Shown: piece by piece, positions 9,176-18,881 of the stretch
How the letters are laid out: each line of letters begins with the position of its first letter
Position numbering within the stretch: the first letter of the stretch is position 1
Assembly (NCBI GenBank): GCA_934130045.1
Contig: CAKOXI010000001.1
Location: 14,900-78,899 of the forward strand
DNA: 64,000 nucleotides
Reading direction: 5' to 3'
DNA from: an uncultured Bacilli bacterium
GTDB taxonomy: Bacteria > Bacillota_I > Bacilli_A > RF39 > UBA660
Program-made: the position numbers and the translations under genes
The notes under the pieces: generated by a model
What the model was told of the DNA's origin: nothing
The model's input: only the letters and a program-made list of their open reading frames with translations
Database searches by the model: none

Positions 9176-10261
9176 ATGAAGAAATTTATACCAATAATTT
9201 TAGTTATTTTTTTAATTTTACCGATTAAAACTAAAGCTTTTGATAGTAGTGCTAGTAGCGCAATATTAATGGATATGGATAGTTTAAGAATTCTTTATAG
9301 TAAAGATATTCATAATGTTAGGTCGGTTGCTTCTATATCTAAAATAATGACCTGTATTGTTGCGATTGAAAGTGGAAAATTAGAAGAAAATGTAACTATA
9401 GGTGATGAAATATTATCTGCTTATGGATCAGGTATTTATATTAAACAAGGTGAGCAGTTAAAATTAATTGATTTATTATATGGCTTAATGCTTAGAAGTG
9501 GCAATGATGCTGCTTTAGCGATAGCAAATTATGTTGGTGGAAGTGTTGATAATTTTGTAGTCATGATGAATGAAAAAGCTAAGGAAATTGGTATGAAAAA
9601 TTCTACGTTTAATAATCCAAGTGGACTTGATGCAAAAGAGGGAAATTATTCAACAGCTTATGATATGGCATTATTAACTAGTTATGCTATGAAAAATGAT
9701 ACTTATAGAAAAATTGTGGGAACAAAAAAGTATGTACTAACTACAAATATGAATACTTATGCTTGGTATAATAAAAATAAGCTTTTAAAAACTTATAAAT
9801 ATACAACTGGTGGAAAAACTGGTTTTACAGAAAAAGCTAGAAGAACACTTGTAACTACTGCAAGTAACAATAATTTAAATTTAGTGGTTGTTACATTAAA
9901 TGATGGAAATGATTTTCAGGATCATAAAAATTTGTATGAAGAAGCATTTGAAAATTATTCATCTTATAAAATATTAAAAGAGGGGGTAATCAATATATAT
10001 GATGATAATTATTATATAGATAAGGAGTTGTATATAAAAAATTCTTTTTCTTATCCATTAAAAAATGGTGAAAAAAATAATTTATATTTGAAAATTGAAC
10101 TAAATAGAAATGATGAGGTTAATGATGGTGATATTGTAGGAAATGTAAAAGTAATTAATGAGTCAAAAGAATTGTATGAAACTGAAATATATGTAAAGTC
10201 ATATGAAAAAAAAGAATATAAATGGTATCAAAAAATTGCTAATTGGTGGAAGAATTTATGA
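9176..10261 (+). CDS. dacB: D-alanyl-D-alanine carboxypeptidase (serine-type, PBP5*-like), sporulation-associated
   Basis: The product has a signal peptide and the motifs SISK (SxxK), SGN and KTG. It lies upstream of spmA-spmB, as in the Bacillus dacB operon. The start is ATG 9176 after a GGTG RBS. Confidence 0.8.
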   Translation: MKKFIPIILVIFLILPIKTKAFDSSASSAILMDMDSLRILYSKDIHNVRSVASISKIMTCIVAIESGKLEENVTIGDEILSAYGSGIYIKQGEQLKLIDLLYGLMLRSGNDAALAIANYVGGSVDNFVVMMNEKAKEIGMKNSTFNNPSGLDAKEGNYSTAYDMALLTSYAMKNDTYRKIVGTKKYVLTTNMNTYAWYNKNKLLKTYKYTTGGKTGFTEKARRTLVTTASNNNLNLVVVTLNDGNDFQDHKNLYEEAFENYSSYKILKEGVINIYDDNYYIDKELYIKNSFSYPLKNGEKNNLYLKIELNRNDEVNDGDIVGNVKVINESKELYETEIYVKSYEKKEYKWYQKIANWWKNL

Positions 10262-10839
10262 TAAATAAAATATGGGGTTTTTTTATTATAATTGGTATTA
10301 TGTTTTCTGTTATAAATGGAAATTTAGAACAAATTAATATTGAAATTTTGGATAGTGCTAAAGTGGCATTAGACATGGTTGTTAAAATTTTACCTGTTAT
10401 GGCACTTTGGTTAGGTATTATGAATATTGCTTCTAAATCTGGTTTACTAGAAAAATTTTCTAGGTTATTATCTCCAATTTTAACTAAGATTTTTCCAGAA
10501 ATACCTAAAAATCATGAATCGTTTGGATATATATCATCTAATATAGTTGCTAACATGTTTGGATTAGGTAATGCAGCAACACCTTTTGGAATTAAAGCAA
10601 TGAAATCTTTACAAGAGATTAATCCTAAAAAAGATGAAGCAACGCGTAGTATGATTACTTTTTTAGTTATTAATACCTGTGGATTAACGATTATTCCAAC
10701 CACTGTTATTAGTTTAAGAATGATGTATGGTAGTAGTAATCCCACATTTATAGTTCTTCCTTGTATTATTGTAACGTTTTCTTCATTAATTTTAGGTCTT
10801 ATTATTGATAGAATATTGTTTTATAGGAGTAAAAAATGA
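10258..10839 (+). CDS. spmA: Spore maturation protein A (nucleoside-recognition domain)
   Basis: The product is a membrane protein beginning MINKIWGFFIIIG. Its ATG overlaps the dacB TGA (ATGA). Confidence 0.8.
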   Translation: MINKIWGFFIIIGIMFSVINGNLEQINIEILDSAKVALDMVVKILPVMALWLGIMNIASKSGLLEKFSRLLSPILTKIFPEIPKNHESFGYISSNIVANMFGLGNAATPFGIKAMKSLQEINPKKDEATRSMITFLVINTCGLTIIPTTVISLRMMYGSSNPTFIVLPCIIVTFSSLILGLIIDRILFYRSKK

Positions 10840-11345
10840 TAAAGATAATTTCTAACCTTATAATTCCTATAATAATATTGATAATAATTTTATATGGAGT
10901 TAGAAAAAAAATAAATATATATGATGTATTTATTGATGGGGCTAGGGAAAGTATTGACTTATCTATAAATTTATTTCCATCAATGTTAGCTATGATTTTT
11001 GGTGTAAATATATTTTTAAAGTGTGGAATTATAGAATGGTTTTTGAACATTTTTGGCAATTTTAATTTTCCTCATCAAATATTACCGATGATAATAATGA
11101 GACCTATATCTGGTTCATCAGCATTAGCGATTTTAACAAATATTTTTGAAAACTTTGGACCTGATTCTTATGCTGGTATGTTTGGATCTATTTTACAAGG
11201 ATCAACAGATACAACTTTTTATATTTTGACAATATATTTTGGAACAGTTGGAATTAAAAAAATTCGTTATGCATTAAAAGCTGGAATTTTTACTGATATT
11301 ATTTGTATCATAGTTTCTTTTTTAATTATGTTATTTTTAAGATAA
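10836..11345 (+). CDS. spmB: Spore maturation protein B
   Basis: The polytopic membrane protein overlaps spmA by 4 nt. This is the conserved dacB-spmA-spmB arrangement. Confidence 0.8.
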   Translation: MIKIISNLIIPIIILIIILYGVRKKINIYDVFIDGARESIDLSINLFPSMLAMIFGVNIFLKCGIIEWFLNIFGNFNFPHQILPMIIMRPISGSSALAILTNIFENFGPDSYAGMFGSILQGSTDTTFYILTIYFGTVGIKKIRYALKAGIFTDIICIIVSFLIMLFLR

Positions 11346-11402
11346 TTCTATAGATAATTTGACTATTTTAGATTAAGGGTGTAATATTATTTTGGTGGTA
11401 AA

Positions 11403-11852
11403 ATGAAACAAAAATTTTTTATTATATTTACAATATTTTTTCTGACAGGGTGTAATAAAAATATATTGAAATGTGAAAAAATTGAAAAAAATCCTGGATA
11501 TGTTTATAAAGAAACTTATGAATTAATATATAATGATAATGGAGAAGAAATAAAAAATATTAATATTGATATAGATGCTAGTTTTAATGAAATGTATACT
11601 GATGATGAGATAGATGAACAATTTGAAACTGTTAGTAATTATTGTGCAAGTTTTGATTATGCAGATAAAAATATGATAAGATGTACTTCAAATAGAGATG
11701 GAAATAATTTAAACGTACAAATTTTTATTAATGCTACTGAAATTGATTCAGAAACTTTTGAGCAAATTATGTATGTTTCAAAGGAAGAAATTTTTAAAAA
11801 AAGTGAGACTAAAAAAAGATTAGAAAATGTTGGATATAGTTGTGCATTATAA
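11403..11852 (+). CDS. Putative lipoprotein of unknown function
   Basis: The product begins MKQKFFIIFTIFFLTGCNKN, with a lipobox LTGC. Confidence 0.5.
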   Translation: MKQKFFIIFTIFFLTGCNKNILKCEKIEKNPGYVYKETYELIYNDNGEEIKNINIDIDASFNEMYTDDEIDEQFETVSNYCASFDYADKNMIRCTSNRDGNNLNVQIFINATEIDSETFEQIMYVSKEEIFKKSETKKRLENVGYSCAL

Positions 11853-11877
11853 AAGCAATTTGTTGCTTTTTTTTTTC
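11852..11877 (+). terminator. Rho-independent terminator
   Basis: A hairpin aaagcaa-tttg-ttgcttt is followed by T9. Confidence 0.55.
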
Positions 11878-11907
11878 TTCTAAAGTATAATTAGTAAAGG
11901 TGATTTG

Positions 11908-12624
11908 ATGGAAAGATTACAGAAAGTTATAGCAAATAGTGGATATTGTTCAAGAAGAAAAGCAGAAGAATTAATTAGTAATGGTAGTGTTAAAGTAAAT
12001 GGTAATACAATTACAGAAATGGGTTATAAAATAAATCCAAGTGATGCGGTTGTTGTTGAAGGTAAATCTATAAGTTCTATTGAAAAAGAATATATTTTAC
12101 TTAATAAGCCAAGATCTGTTATTACTTCAACTTCTGATGATAAGGGTAGAAAAACTGTTCTTGATATTATAGAAACTGATAAGAGATTATATCCTGTAGG
12201 AAGACTTGATTATGATACAACGGGCGCTATTATACTTACTAATGATGGTGAACTTGCTAATTTACTTATGCATCCTAAGAATAGGGTTAATAAAGTATAT
12301 ATTGCTAAGGTAAATGGATTTTTTGATAAACAAAGCTTACTAAAAATGTCTAATGGTGTTTATATTGATGATTATAAAACAGCAAAATGTTTTGTAAAAT
12401 TAAAAAAATATGATAAAAAAACAAATACGTCAATTGTAGAAGTAACTATTCATGAGGGACATAATCATCAAGTGAAGAAAATGTTTGAAGCAGTGGGTTT
12501 TAACGTTTTAAAATTAAAGAGAGAGAAAATTGCCTTTCTAGATGTTTCTGACTTAAAATCTGGCGAATATCGTTATTTAAGCATTAAAGAAGTTAAACGA
12601 TTATATTCTGAAACTAAAAAATAA
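11908..12624 (+). CDS. rluB: Pseudouridine synthase, RsuA/RluB family (S4 domain plus catalytic domain)
   Basis: The product has an N-terminal S4 motif (SGYCSRRKAEELI) and a catalytic RLDYDTTG Asp motif. I prefer ATG 11908 over TTG 11905 as the start. Confidence 0.8.
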   Translation: MERLQKVIANSGYCSRRKAEELISNGSVKVNGNTITEMGYKINPSDAVVVEGKSISSIEKEYILLNKPRSVITSTSDDKGRKTVLDIIETDKRLYPVGRLDYDTTGAIILTNDGELANLLMHPKNRVNKVYIAKVNGFFDKQSLLKMSNGVYIDDYKTAKCFVKLKKYDKKTNTSIVEVTIHEGHNHQVKKMFEAVGFNVLKLKREKIAFLDVSDLKSGEYRYLSIKEVKRLYSETKK

Positions 12625-12640
12625 GCATTTCTGCTTATTT
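12621..12640. terminator. Bidirectional hairpin terminator between convergent rluB and the ferredoxin gene
   Basis: The hairpin ataagca-tttc-tgcttat is flanked by T-runs and overlaps the ferredoxin stop codon. Confidence 0.45.
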
Positions 12641-12841
12641 TTCTTCTTCTATAGCGCTTGTAGGACATCCTTCAATTGCTTCTTTTACATCTTCTTTTAA
12701 ATTTTCATCAATGTTTTCAAAATCGATATTTTCTTTTACTTGTGCAAGATCATCATCACCAAATTCAAAAATTTGATCGGCAATACCTACACATGCACCA
12801 CATCCAATACATTTCTCTTTGTCTACGAATACATTTTTCAT
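12635..12841 (-). CDS. 4Fe-4S ferredoxin
   Basis: The 68-aa product contains CIGCGACVG...CPTSAI, i.e. a CxxCxxC plus C-P ferredoxin signature. Confidence 0.8.
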   Translation of the reverse strand: MKNVFVDKEKCIGCGACVGIADQIFEFGDDDLAQVKENIDFENIDENLKEDVKEAIEGCPTSAIEEEK

Positions 12842-12947
12842 ATTATTCCTCCTTTTAAAATTATAAATAATTGACTATAAAAATGCAAGTATATATTTTA
12901 AATTTAAAAAAAATATGGTATTATTATTATAATAAGGTGGGATATTT

Positions 12948-13703
12948 ATGCCAAGTAGAATGGAAAAGTATTATCAGACTAAGAGTAATGTTCCAAGAAG
13001 AACAAGTAAAAACCAAAGCTTGTATAATGATATTTATGCTAATAATGATTATGATGTAGATAAAATTAGTAATGCAAATGAAATTAGTCCAGAAAAATTA
13101 AATGAAATTTTAAATCAATCAAAGAAATCTCAAAAAAGAATTGAACGAAATTATATTTCTGTTGATAATACTGATTTAGATGATGAAAAAAAATATGATA
13201 TTAATGAAGTATTAGCTAAGGCAAAAAGTCAATCAGTAAATAATAATTATAATTATGATAAACTAAAAATTGAAAGGGAAACTTTATTAAAAAAAATAGA
13301 AAATTACAAAGCTAGTAAACAGGAGCAAGATGAAAGTTTGAATGATTTACTTAATACAATTGCTAGTACAAAAATGCTTAGTAATATCAATGATAAAGAT
13401 TTATCTTTGGATTTGCTTAATGATTTAAAATCTAATAATGATAATACTGTTGTGGGTGGTATAAGTTCTATTGATAAAGTTTTAAATGATGTACCTAAAA
13501 AAAATATTCCTGTAGATGAAGATGGTATTGATAAATCTTTTTATACTTCAAGTATGAATTTTAATGAAGATGATTTTGACGAGTTAAATAGTTTAAAAAA
13601 GAGTGTTAAAAAGAATAATTTATTGATAAAGATTCTTGTAATTGCCCTATCTTTAATTGCTTTAATAGTATTAGTGTTAATAATATTTAGTTTAAAAAAA
13701 TAA
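12948..13703 (+). CDS. Hypothetical C-terminally membrane-anchored protein (N/D/K-rich)
   Basis: The 251-aa product has a single C-terminal TM (LLIKILVIALSLIALIVLVLIIF). No family is recognised. Confidence 0.45.
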   Translation: MPSRMEKYYQTKSNVPRRTSKNQSLYNDIYANNDYDVDKISNANEISPEKLNEILNQSKKSQKRIERNYISVDNTDLDDEKKYDINEVLAKAKSQSVNNNYNYDKLKIERETLLKKIENYKASKQEQDESLNDLLNTIASTKMLSNINDKDLSLDLLNDLKSNNDNTVVGGISSIDKVLNDVPKKNIPVDEDGIDKSFYTSSMNFNEDDFDELNSLKKSVKKNNLLIKILVIALSLIALIVLVLIIFSLKK

Positions 13704-13741
13704 AAAATCAATTCACAATTTTGTATGAGTTGATTTTTTTA

Positions 13742-14458
13742 TTATATATTTCCTTTTTTACAAGTTTGACCAGAATTAGTAAGTTTTTCTAATGCTGTAT
13801 CATAGGTATCATTAAATTGTAGTTCAAGTTCACTATCTGAATTTGTTAATTCTGAATAGGTTGTTTTTATAGAAATATAGTATTCATTATCGCTTAATTT
13901 GTAATAATTACTATCTGAATTTAAATAAATTAAGAATGCCTGCATAATACTTACGTATTGATCAAAATATTCTCTACTACTTTCATCTAAAAGTTTAACA
14001 TTTATTTCATTTACAGTATTTTTTAATTGATTATTACTAAAATTTACTGTTGTTTTAGCATTTACTTCTAGATAATATTGAGTATCTACTTCTTCACATA
14101 TTAGCTGTTCTGTGATTGGTGTTTCTTTTATATTTTCTGTATTTTCTTGTGTTTGTTCGTTATTATCTTCTTTTAATTCATTTTTAGCAATTTCTTCATC
14201 TGTTTTATTAATTATTTCATAGTTATCATAATTTTTAGATTCATTGTTGTTTAATTTTTCTTTATCTTTTGTATTAATTATATTAATAAATATAATGAGT
14301 CCTATAATAACCATTATAGCGCCAAGTATTAAAAAGAATTGCTTAAAAGGTTTCTTTTTTGGAGGTTCTTGATATTCAAATTTTTTTAAAGGATCAATTA
14401 TATCAATTTGATCTTCAATTGATTCATCGATTTTAACAAATGATTTGTTTTTTTCCAT
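13742..14458 (-). CDS. Hypothetical single-pass membrane protein
   Basis: I trimmed the start to MEKNK (ATG at 14458, with GGAAGTGA upstream). An N-terminal TM is followed by an acidic extracytoplasmic domain. Confidence 0.45.
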   Translation of the reverse strand: MEKNKSFVKIDESIEDQIDIIDPLKKFEYQEPPKKKPFKQFFLILGAIMVIIGLIIFINIINTKDKEKLNNNESKNYDNYEIINKTDEEIAKNELKEDNNEQTQENTENIKETPITEQLICEEVDTQYYLEVNAKTTVNFSNNQLKNTVNEINVKLLDESSREYFDQYVSIMQAFLIYLNSDSNYYKLSDNEYYISIKTTYSELTNSDSELELQFNDTYDTALEKLTNSGQTCKKGNI

Positions 14459-14552
14459 ATTATCACTTCCATATAAAATTTTATCATAATTAATAAGAAA
14501 AAACAAATTGTGTTGAAGTTTAAAAAATGATAAAATGTTTTTGGTGTTTAAT

Positions 14553-15794
14553 ATGAATGAAATAGAAATAATGAAATTTGATCATGAAGGAAGGGGTATT
14601 GGATATTTAAATGGCAAAACTATTTTTGTTGATAATACAATACCTGGTGATATAGTAAATATTAATATAAGAAAAAATAAAAAAAATTATTGTATTGCTG
14701 ATGTAGCACAATATATAAAATATAGTAGCAATAGAATTAAGCCTAATTGCCCATTTTTTAATAAATGTGGTGGGTGTGATTTACAAAATATTAGTTATGA
14801 TAAACAATTAGTTTTTAAAGAGGAAAAAGTAAAAGAAATACTTGAAAGATTTGCTAAAATAGATAAAGTTAAAGTGAAGCCTATTTTAAATAAGTGTGAA
14901 AATCAATTTTACTATAGAAATAAATTGACTCTTCAAGTTAATAAGAAAATTGGTTTATATGGTAAAAATAGCTATGATTTAGTTCCAATTAATAATTGTT
15001 TAATTTCTAGTAAAAAAATCAATGAAATTTTACCTTTAATTCAGGAAAATATTAATTTAGAAAATATAGGGCAAATTGTTATAAGAAATAGTTTTTATAA
15101 TAATAAAGTTATGATTATCTTTAAAGGAAAAAATATAAATATAAATAATGTTATGAATTTAAAAAATTTTGTTGATTCAATATATGTTGATGAAAATAAT
15201 AATTATAAATTAGTATATGGATTAGAATATTTAGAGGAAAAAATAGGAGATTATATTTTTAAAATTTCTCCCGATTCATTCTTTCAAGTTAATACTGTAA
15301 TGTGTAAAAAATTATATGATAAAATTATTGAATATGGTTCTTTTAATGGTACTCAAAATGTTTTAGATTTATATTGTGGTACGGGTACAATTGGTATATA
15401 TATAAGTAAATATGTGAAAAGTGTTGTTGGATATGAAATAAATAAATATGCGATTATGAATGCCCAAGATAATTTAAAAATAAATGATGTTTACAATGCT
15501 AATTTTTATTGTGGTAGTAGTGAACTATCTTTTGAAAATATTACCAATAATATTGATACTATAATAGTTGACCCGCCAAGAGGTGGATTAAATTTGGAAA
15601 CTATTCAAGGTATTATAAATGTAAAACCATGTAAAGTTATTTACGTTTCTTGTGATCCAGTTACATTAGCTCGGGACTTAAAAATACTTAGTGATTATTA
15701 TGATGTAATCGAGGTTACTCCTGTTGATATGTTTCCTAATACTAAACATGTTGAGTGTGTCGCAGCATTATATCGAGGAGAATCTAAAAAATGA
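14553..15794 (+). CDS. 23S rRNA (uracil-C5)-methyltransferase, RlmD/RumA family (TRAM, 4Fe-4S cluster and SAM-MTase domains)
   Basis: The product has a Cys cluster CPFFNKCGGCDLQ and the SAM motifs LDLYCGTGTIG and DPPRGG. The start could alternatively be ATG 14535. Confidence 0.8.
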   Translation: MNEIEIMKFDHEGRGIGYLNGKTIFVDNTIPGDIVNINIRKNKKNYCIADVAQYIKYSSNRIKPNCPFFNKCGGCDLQNISYDKQLVFKEEKVKEILERFAKIDKVKVKPILNKCENQFYYRNKLTLQVNKKIGLYGKNSYDLVPINNCLISSKKINEILPLIQENINLENIGQIVIRNSFYNNKVMIIFKGKNININNVMNLKNFVDSIYVDENNNYKLVYGLEYLEEKIGDYIFKISPDSFFQVNTVMCKKLYDKIIEYGSFNGTQNVLDLYCGTGTIGIYISKYVKSVVGYEINKYAIMNAQDNLKINDVYNANFYCGSSELSFENITNNIDTIIVDPPRGGLNLETIQGIINVKPCKVIYVSCDPVTLARDLKILSDYYDVIEVTPVDMFPNTKHVECVAALYRGESKK

Positions 15795-15849
15795 TATTAA
15801 ATTAATAAAATGAAAAAATAAATATTTTTTTATTAAGTAGGTGATAAGG

Positions 15850-16713
15850 ATGATTAGTAAAAAGAAAATTGATGAAGCATTTGAATTTTATAATATAGAA
15901 AAATCATATAAAGAAAAATGTTATAGGTGTGCTGAAAAGATAAATCAAAGTGAATATTATGGAAAGTTATTTAATGATGTATATAATACTTTATATTGTG
16001 ATGATTTTATTAAAATAAAAGAATTATGGAAGGTAAAAGATATTAATGAATTATTCGGAAATAATGTAAATCCATTTGTAACAAATTTAATGATAATACT
16101 AGGTTATGAATTACATAGAAATAATATTGATAAATATAGATTAGATATAAATCAAGTTAATATTCATAAAAATAGGTTAAAAGAATGTTTTGAGAGTGAC
16201 TTAATATATAGAAATTATGATGGAGTAAGAATATCACAAATGTTATGGGCAGTATATTTTATTAGAGTTAGAATTATAGAAATAGGAAGATTACAATTTG
16301 AATATGAGAGTACAGAAAAAAATATTTCTATAATAAAAATTCATATACCAAAAGGCAAAAAATTAGATTTAATCGAAGTAAAGGATTCAATAAAAGAATC
16401 CCAAAATAAAATAAAACAAATATATGGTTTAGATAAAATTAAATATATCTGTAATTCATGGTTATTAAGTAATCAAATTTATAATATAGTTGAAAAAAAT
16501 TCGAATATTTTCCTTTTTCACAATTTATTTGATATTAGGGATGGAGAAGATTGTATTAATGATATTATGAATTTTGTATATGGAGTAAACCAGTGTAGTG
16601 ATTATAAAGAATTATATGAAAATACAACATTGCAAAAGAAAATAAAAGAAAGTTTAATAAATAATCAGAAGTTTTATTTAGGCTTAGGTGTTTTAAGAAA
16701 AGAGATTTATTAA
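15850..16713 (+). CDS. Hypothetical protein
   Basis: The ORF is ~288 aa. ATG 15850 lies 5 nt after an AGGTGA RBS, whereas the ORF track began at GTG 15841. No family is confidently recognised. Confidence 0.45.
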   Translation: MISKKKIDEAFEFYNIEKSYKEKCYRCAEKINQSEYYGKLFNDVYNTLYCDDFIKIKELWKVKDINELFGNNVNPFVTNLMIILGYELHRNNIDKYRLDINQVNIHKNRLKECFESDLIYRNYDGVRISQMLWAVYFIRVRIIEIGRLQFEYESTEKNISIIKIHIPKGKKLDLIEVKDSIKESQNKIKQIYGLDKIKYICNSWLLSNQIYNIVEKNSNIFLFHNLFDIRDGEDCINDIMNFVYGVNQCSDYKELYENTTLQKKIKESLINNQKFYLGLGVLRKEIY

Positions 16714-16858
16714 AACCAAAGAATATTATAAATATAGATGTTAGATTAAAAATTGATATAGTTGTAAAAAGAACACATTATGTAATGGAAAAAAAGTAAT
16801 TTCTTTTATATTGTTAAAAATGTTTAGTATAATATATGTATATTTGATAAGGCAATTT

Positions 16859-16975
16859 ATGAGTAAAAATTTAATTAAAAATGAAAATAATATTATTTTT
16901 TATGAAGATGAAAATGGTAAAATGCATAAAGAATTAAAAAACAAGGTAAGAGTAAGAGTAGAAGTAGAAAATTGA
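16859..16975 (+). CDS. Candidate 38-aa small ORF (MSKNLIKNENNIIFYEDENGKMHKELKNKVRVRVEVEN) in a 660-bp gene-free region
   Basis: It follows a promoter-like TTGTTA...TAGTATAAT and a weak AAGG RBS. It falls below the ORF-track size cutoff and is speculative. Confidence 0.2.
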   Translation: MSKNLIKNENNIIFYEDENGKMHKELKNKVRVRVEVEN

Positions 16976-17373
16976 TATATACATAATAAACATTCATCCA
17001 TTAAGAGTGCTTATTATGTAGTAGTCAGTTATACTTAAACATATAAAAAGCAACTATTCATAATTAACGAACATGGCACGTGGAGTGTGTATGTTTGTTA
17101 AAATGTAAACAAATTCTTGAAATATAAAAAAATCAATTATAAATTAGGTGTAAAAAAAAGTAATTTTTAAAATCTGATAAAAGTATTTAATAATTTTATA
17201 TTAAAGTATTGTTGATTTAAATAAAAATTAATTTTTAATAAATATAATTTTTTATTATATATAATAGAGCAAAGCACTTATTTAATTTGATGATACAGAA
17301 TAAAATAAAATAGATAATATATATAAATATTTAGTAAAGTTTATAAAATAATAATTTAAAATGAGGAGAATAT

Positions 17374-17811
17374 ATGAAATATATTGTAGAAAATGCTACC
17401 AATGATGATATAGATTTTTTGATTGAATCTAAATTATATAGTATATTTAATTATGCTAATAATTTATCTAATGATGAAATAGAGAAAATTAATAACTATG
17501 TTTTTTGTCATGTTCATGATGCAGTAAATAATTATAAAATAGTTAAATGTAATGATAAAAAAATCGGTTGTTATTTAGTTGCTTTAAAAGATGATGGTGT
17601 TATATTAGATGAAATATATTTGTTGGATGACTATAGAAATAAAGGAATCGGATCAAGCATAATAAAAAATATATTAGAAAATAACCGTATAGTATATTTA
17701 TGGGTTTATAAAGAAAATAAAAAAGCTTTTTCTTTGTATAAAAAATTTGGTTTTGAAATATGTGAAGAAACTAATACAAGATATTATATGAAATATAGTA
17801 TTTTAGTGTAA
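17374..17811 (+). CDS. GNAT family N-acetyltransferase
   Basis: The 145-aa product has the RNKGIGSSII motif (Q/RxxGxG/A acetyl-CoA loop). A strong GAGGAG RBS lies upstream. Confidence 0.75.
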   Translation: MKYIVENATNDDIDFLIESKLYSIFNYANNLSNDEIEKINNYVFCHVHDAVNNYKIVKCNDKKIGCYLVALKDDGVILDEIYLLDDYRNKGIGSSIIKNILENNRIVYLWVYKENKKAFSLYKKFGFEICEETNTRYYMKYSILV

Positions 17812-17822
17812 AGAGGTTTTTA

Positions 17823-18788
17823 GTGAAAAGAAATAATTGTTTAAATTTATTAAAATTTGTGGCATGTTTTGGAGTAGTATTTATACATGTACCTTTCCCA
17901 GGAATTTTTGGAGAAATTATTAAGTATTTATCTGGTTTTTCTGTTCCATTATTTTTTATGATTTCTGGTTATTATTCATATGGTTGTGATTATAAAAAGA
18001 TAAAAAGTAAATTGATTAAAATATTAAAAATTTTATTATTTACTTATATTTTATATCTTTTTTATAACATTATTATGTCTATTAAAAATTCTGATTTTCC
18101 AGGTTGGCTTATAAGATATTATAATTTTCATAATATAATTTTATCTATTGTATTTTGTACAATATGGTGGGCAATTCCTTTATGGTATCTTATTGCAATG
18201 TCAGAAGTTTATTTAGTTTGGATGATAGTTGTTAAAAAAGGCTTGCAAAGTAAATTCACTTCTTTTACTTTTGTTTTACTATTGTTAGAATTAATACTTA
18301 CTATTTATGTGGATTCCGTGGGAATTAATTGGTATTATAAGACTAATTTTATATGTCGAGCTATGTCTTGGTTTATGCTTGGATATTTAATAAAAGAAAA
18401 ATATGAAAACAAACTTGATAAAATTAGTAATATAAAATTACTGTGTGTTGTATTTTTAGGAAGTTTTATTATTCTATCATTTATATTTTTTAAACCAACC
18501 ATCAATTATAGTTGTCTAGGTTTATTATTTATATCACCTGCATTGTTTTTAATTGGTATTAAAAATCCAGATATAAAAATAAATAAATTTATTGAATTTA
18601 TTGGGGATAAATTATCAATGTATATTTATATTTTTCATTTAATTATTTCTTGGTTAATTATATCTAGGATTAAGTTATTTGGAATAAACATTGATGGTAT
18701 TTATTCATATATTCATCCTATTTTTACTTTAATTGCCACAATTTTAATTTCATCAATTTTTTATTTTATTTTAAAAAAAAGAAAATGA
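17823..18788 (+). CDS. Acyltransferase family 3 (membrane O-acyl/acetyltransferase)
   Basis: The polytopic membrane protein begins NLLKFVACFGVVFIHV, which is typical of Acyl_transf_3. It starts with GTG. Confidence 0.7.
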   Translation: MKRNNCLNLLKFVACFGVVFIHVPFPGIFGEIIKYLSGFSVPLFFMISGYYSYGCDYKKIKSKLIKILKILLFTYILYLFYNIIMSIKNSDFPGWLIRYYNFHNIILSIVFCTIWWAIPLWYLIAMSEVYLVWMIVVKKGLQSKFTSFTFVLLLLELILTIYVDSVGINWYYKTNFICRAMSWFMLGYLIKEKYENKLDKISNIKLLCVVFLGSFIILSFIFFKPTINYSCLGLLFISPALFLIGIKNPDIKINKFIEFIGDKLSMYIYIFHLIISWLIISRIKLFGINIDGIYSYIHPIFTLIATILISSIFYFILKKRK

Positions 18789-18881
18789 ATTTTTAATTTG
18801 TATTTTATTGTGATAATATTATTTTTTCTATTATAAATTATATGTTATAATTTATATAGTTATTAAAAAGGCAGTGATTTA

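Noticed and set aside
10243-10257. Upstream extension of spmA (MVEEF...) and of other ORFs (121 for gatC, 5155 for the lipoprotein, 35609 for the hairpin protein, 14506 for the minus-strand gene, 49627 for the SPFH gene)
   Set aside because: The internal ATGs have proper Shine-Dalgarno spacing and give canonical N-termini (signal peptides, conserved family starts). The longer ORF-track starts lack an RBS.
12871-13059. ORF 12871-13059 and ORF 7243-7428
   Set aside because: They overlap the start or body of better-supported genes in other frames and have low-complexity translations.
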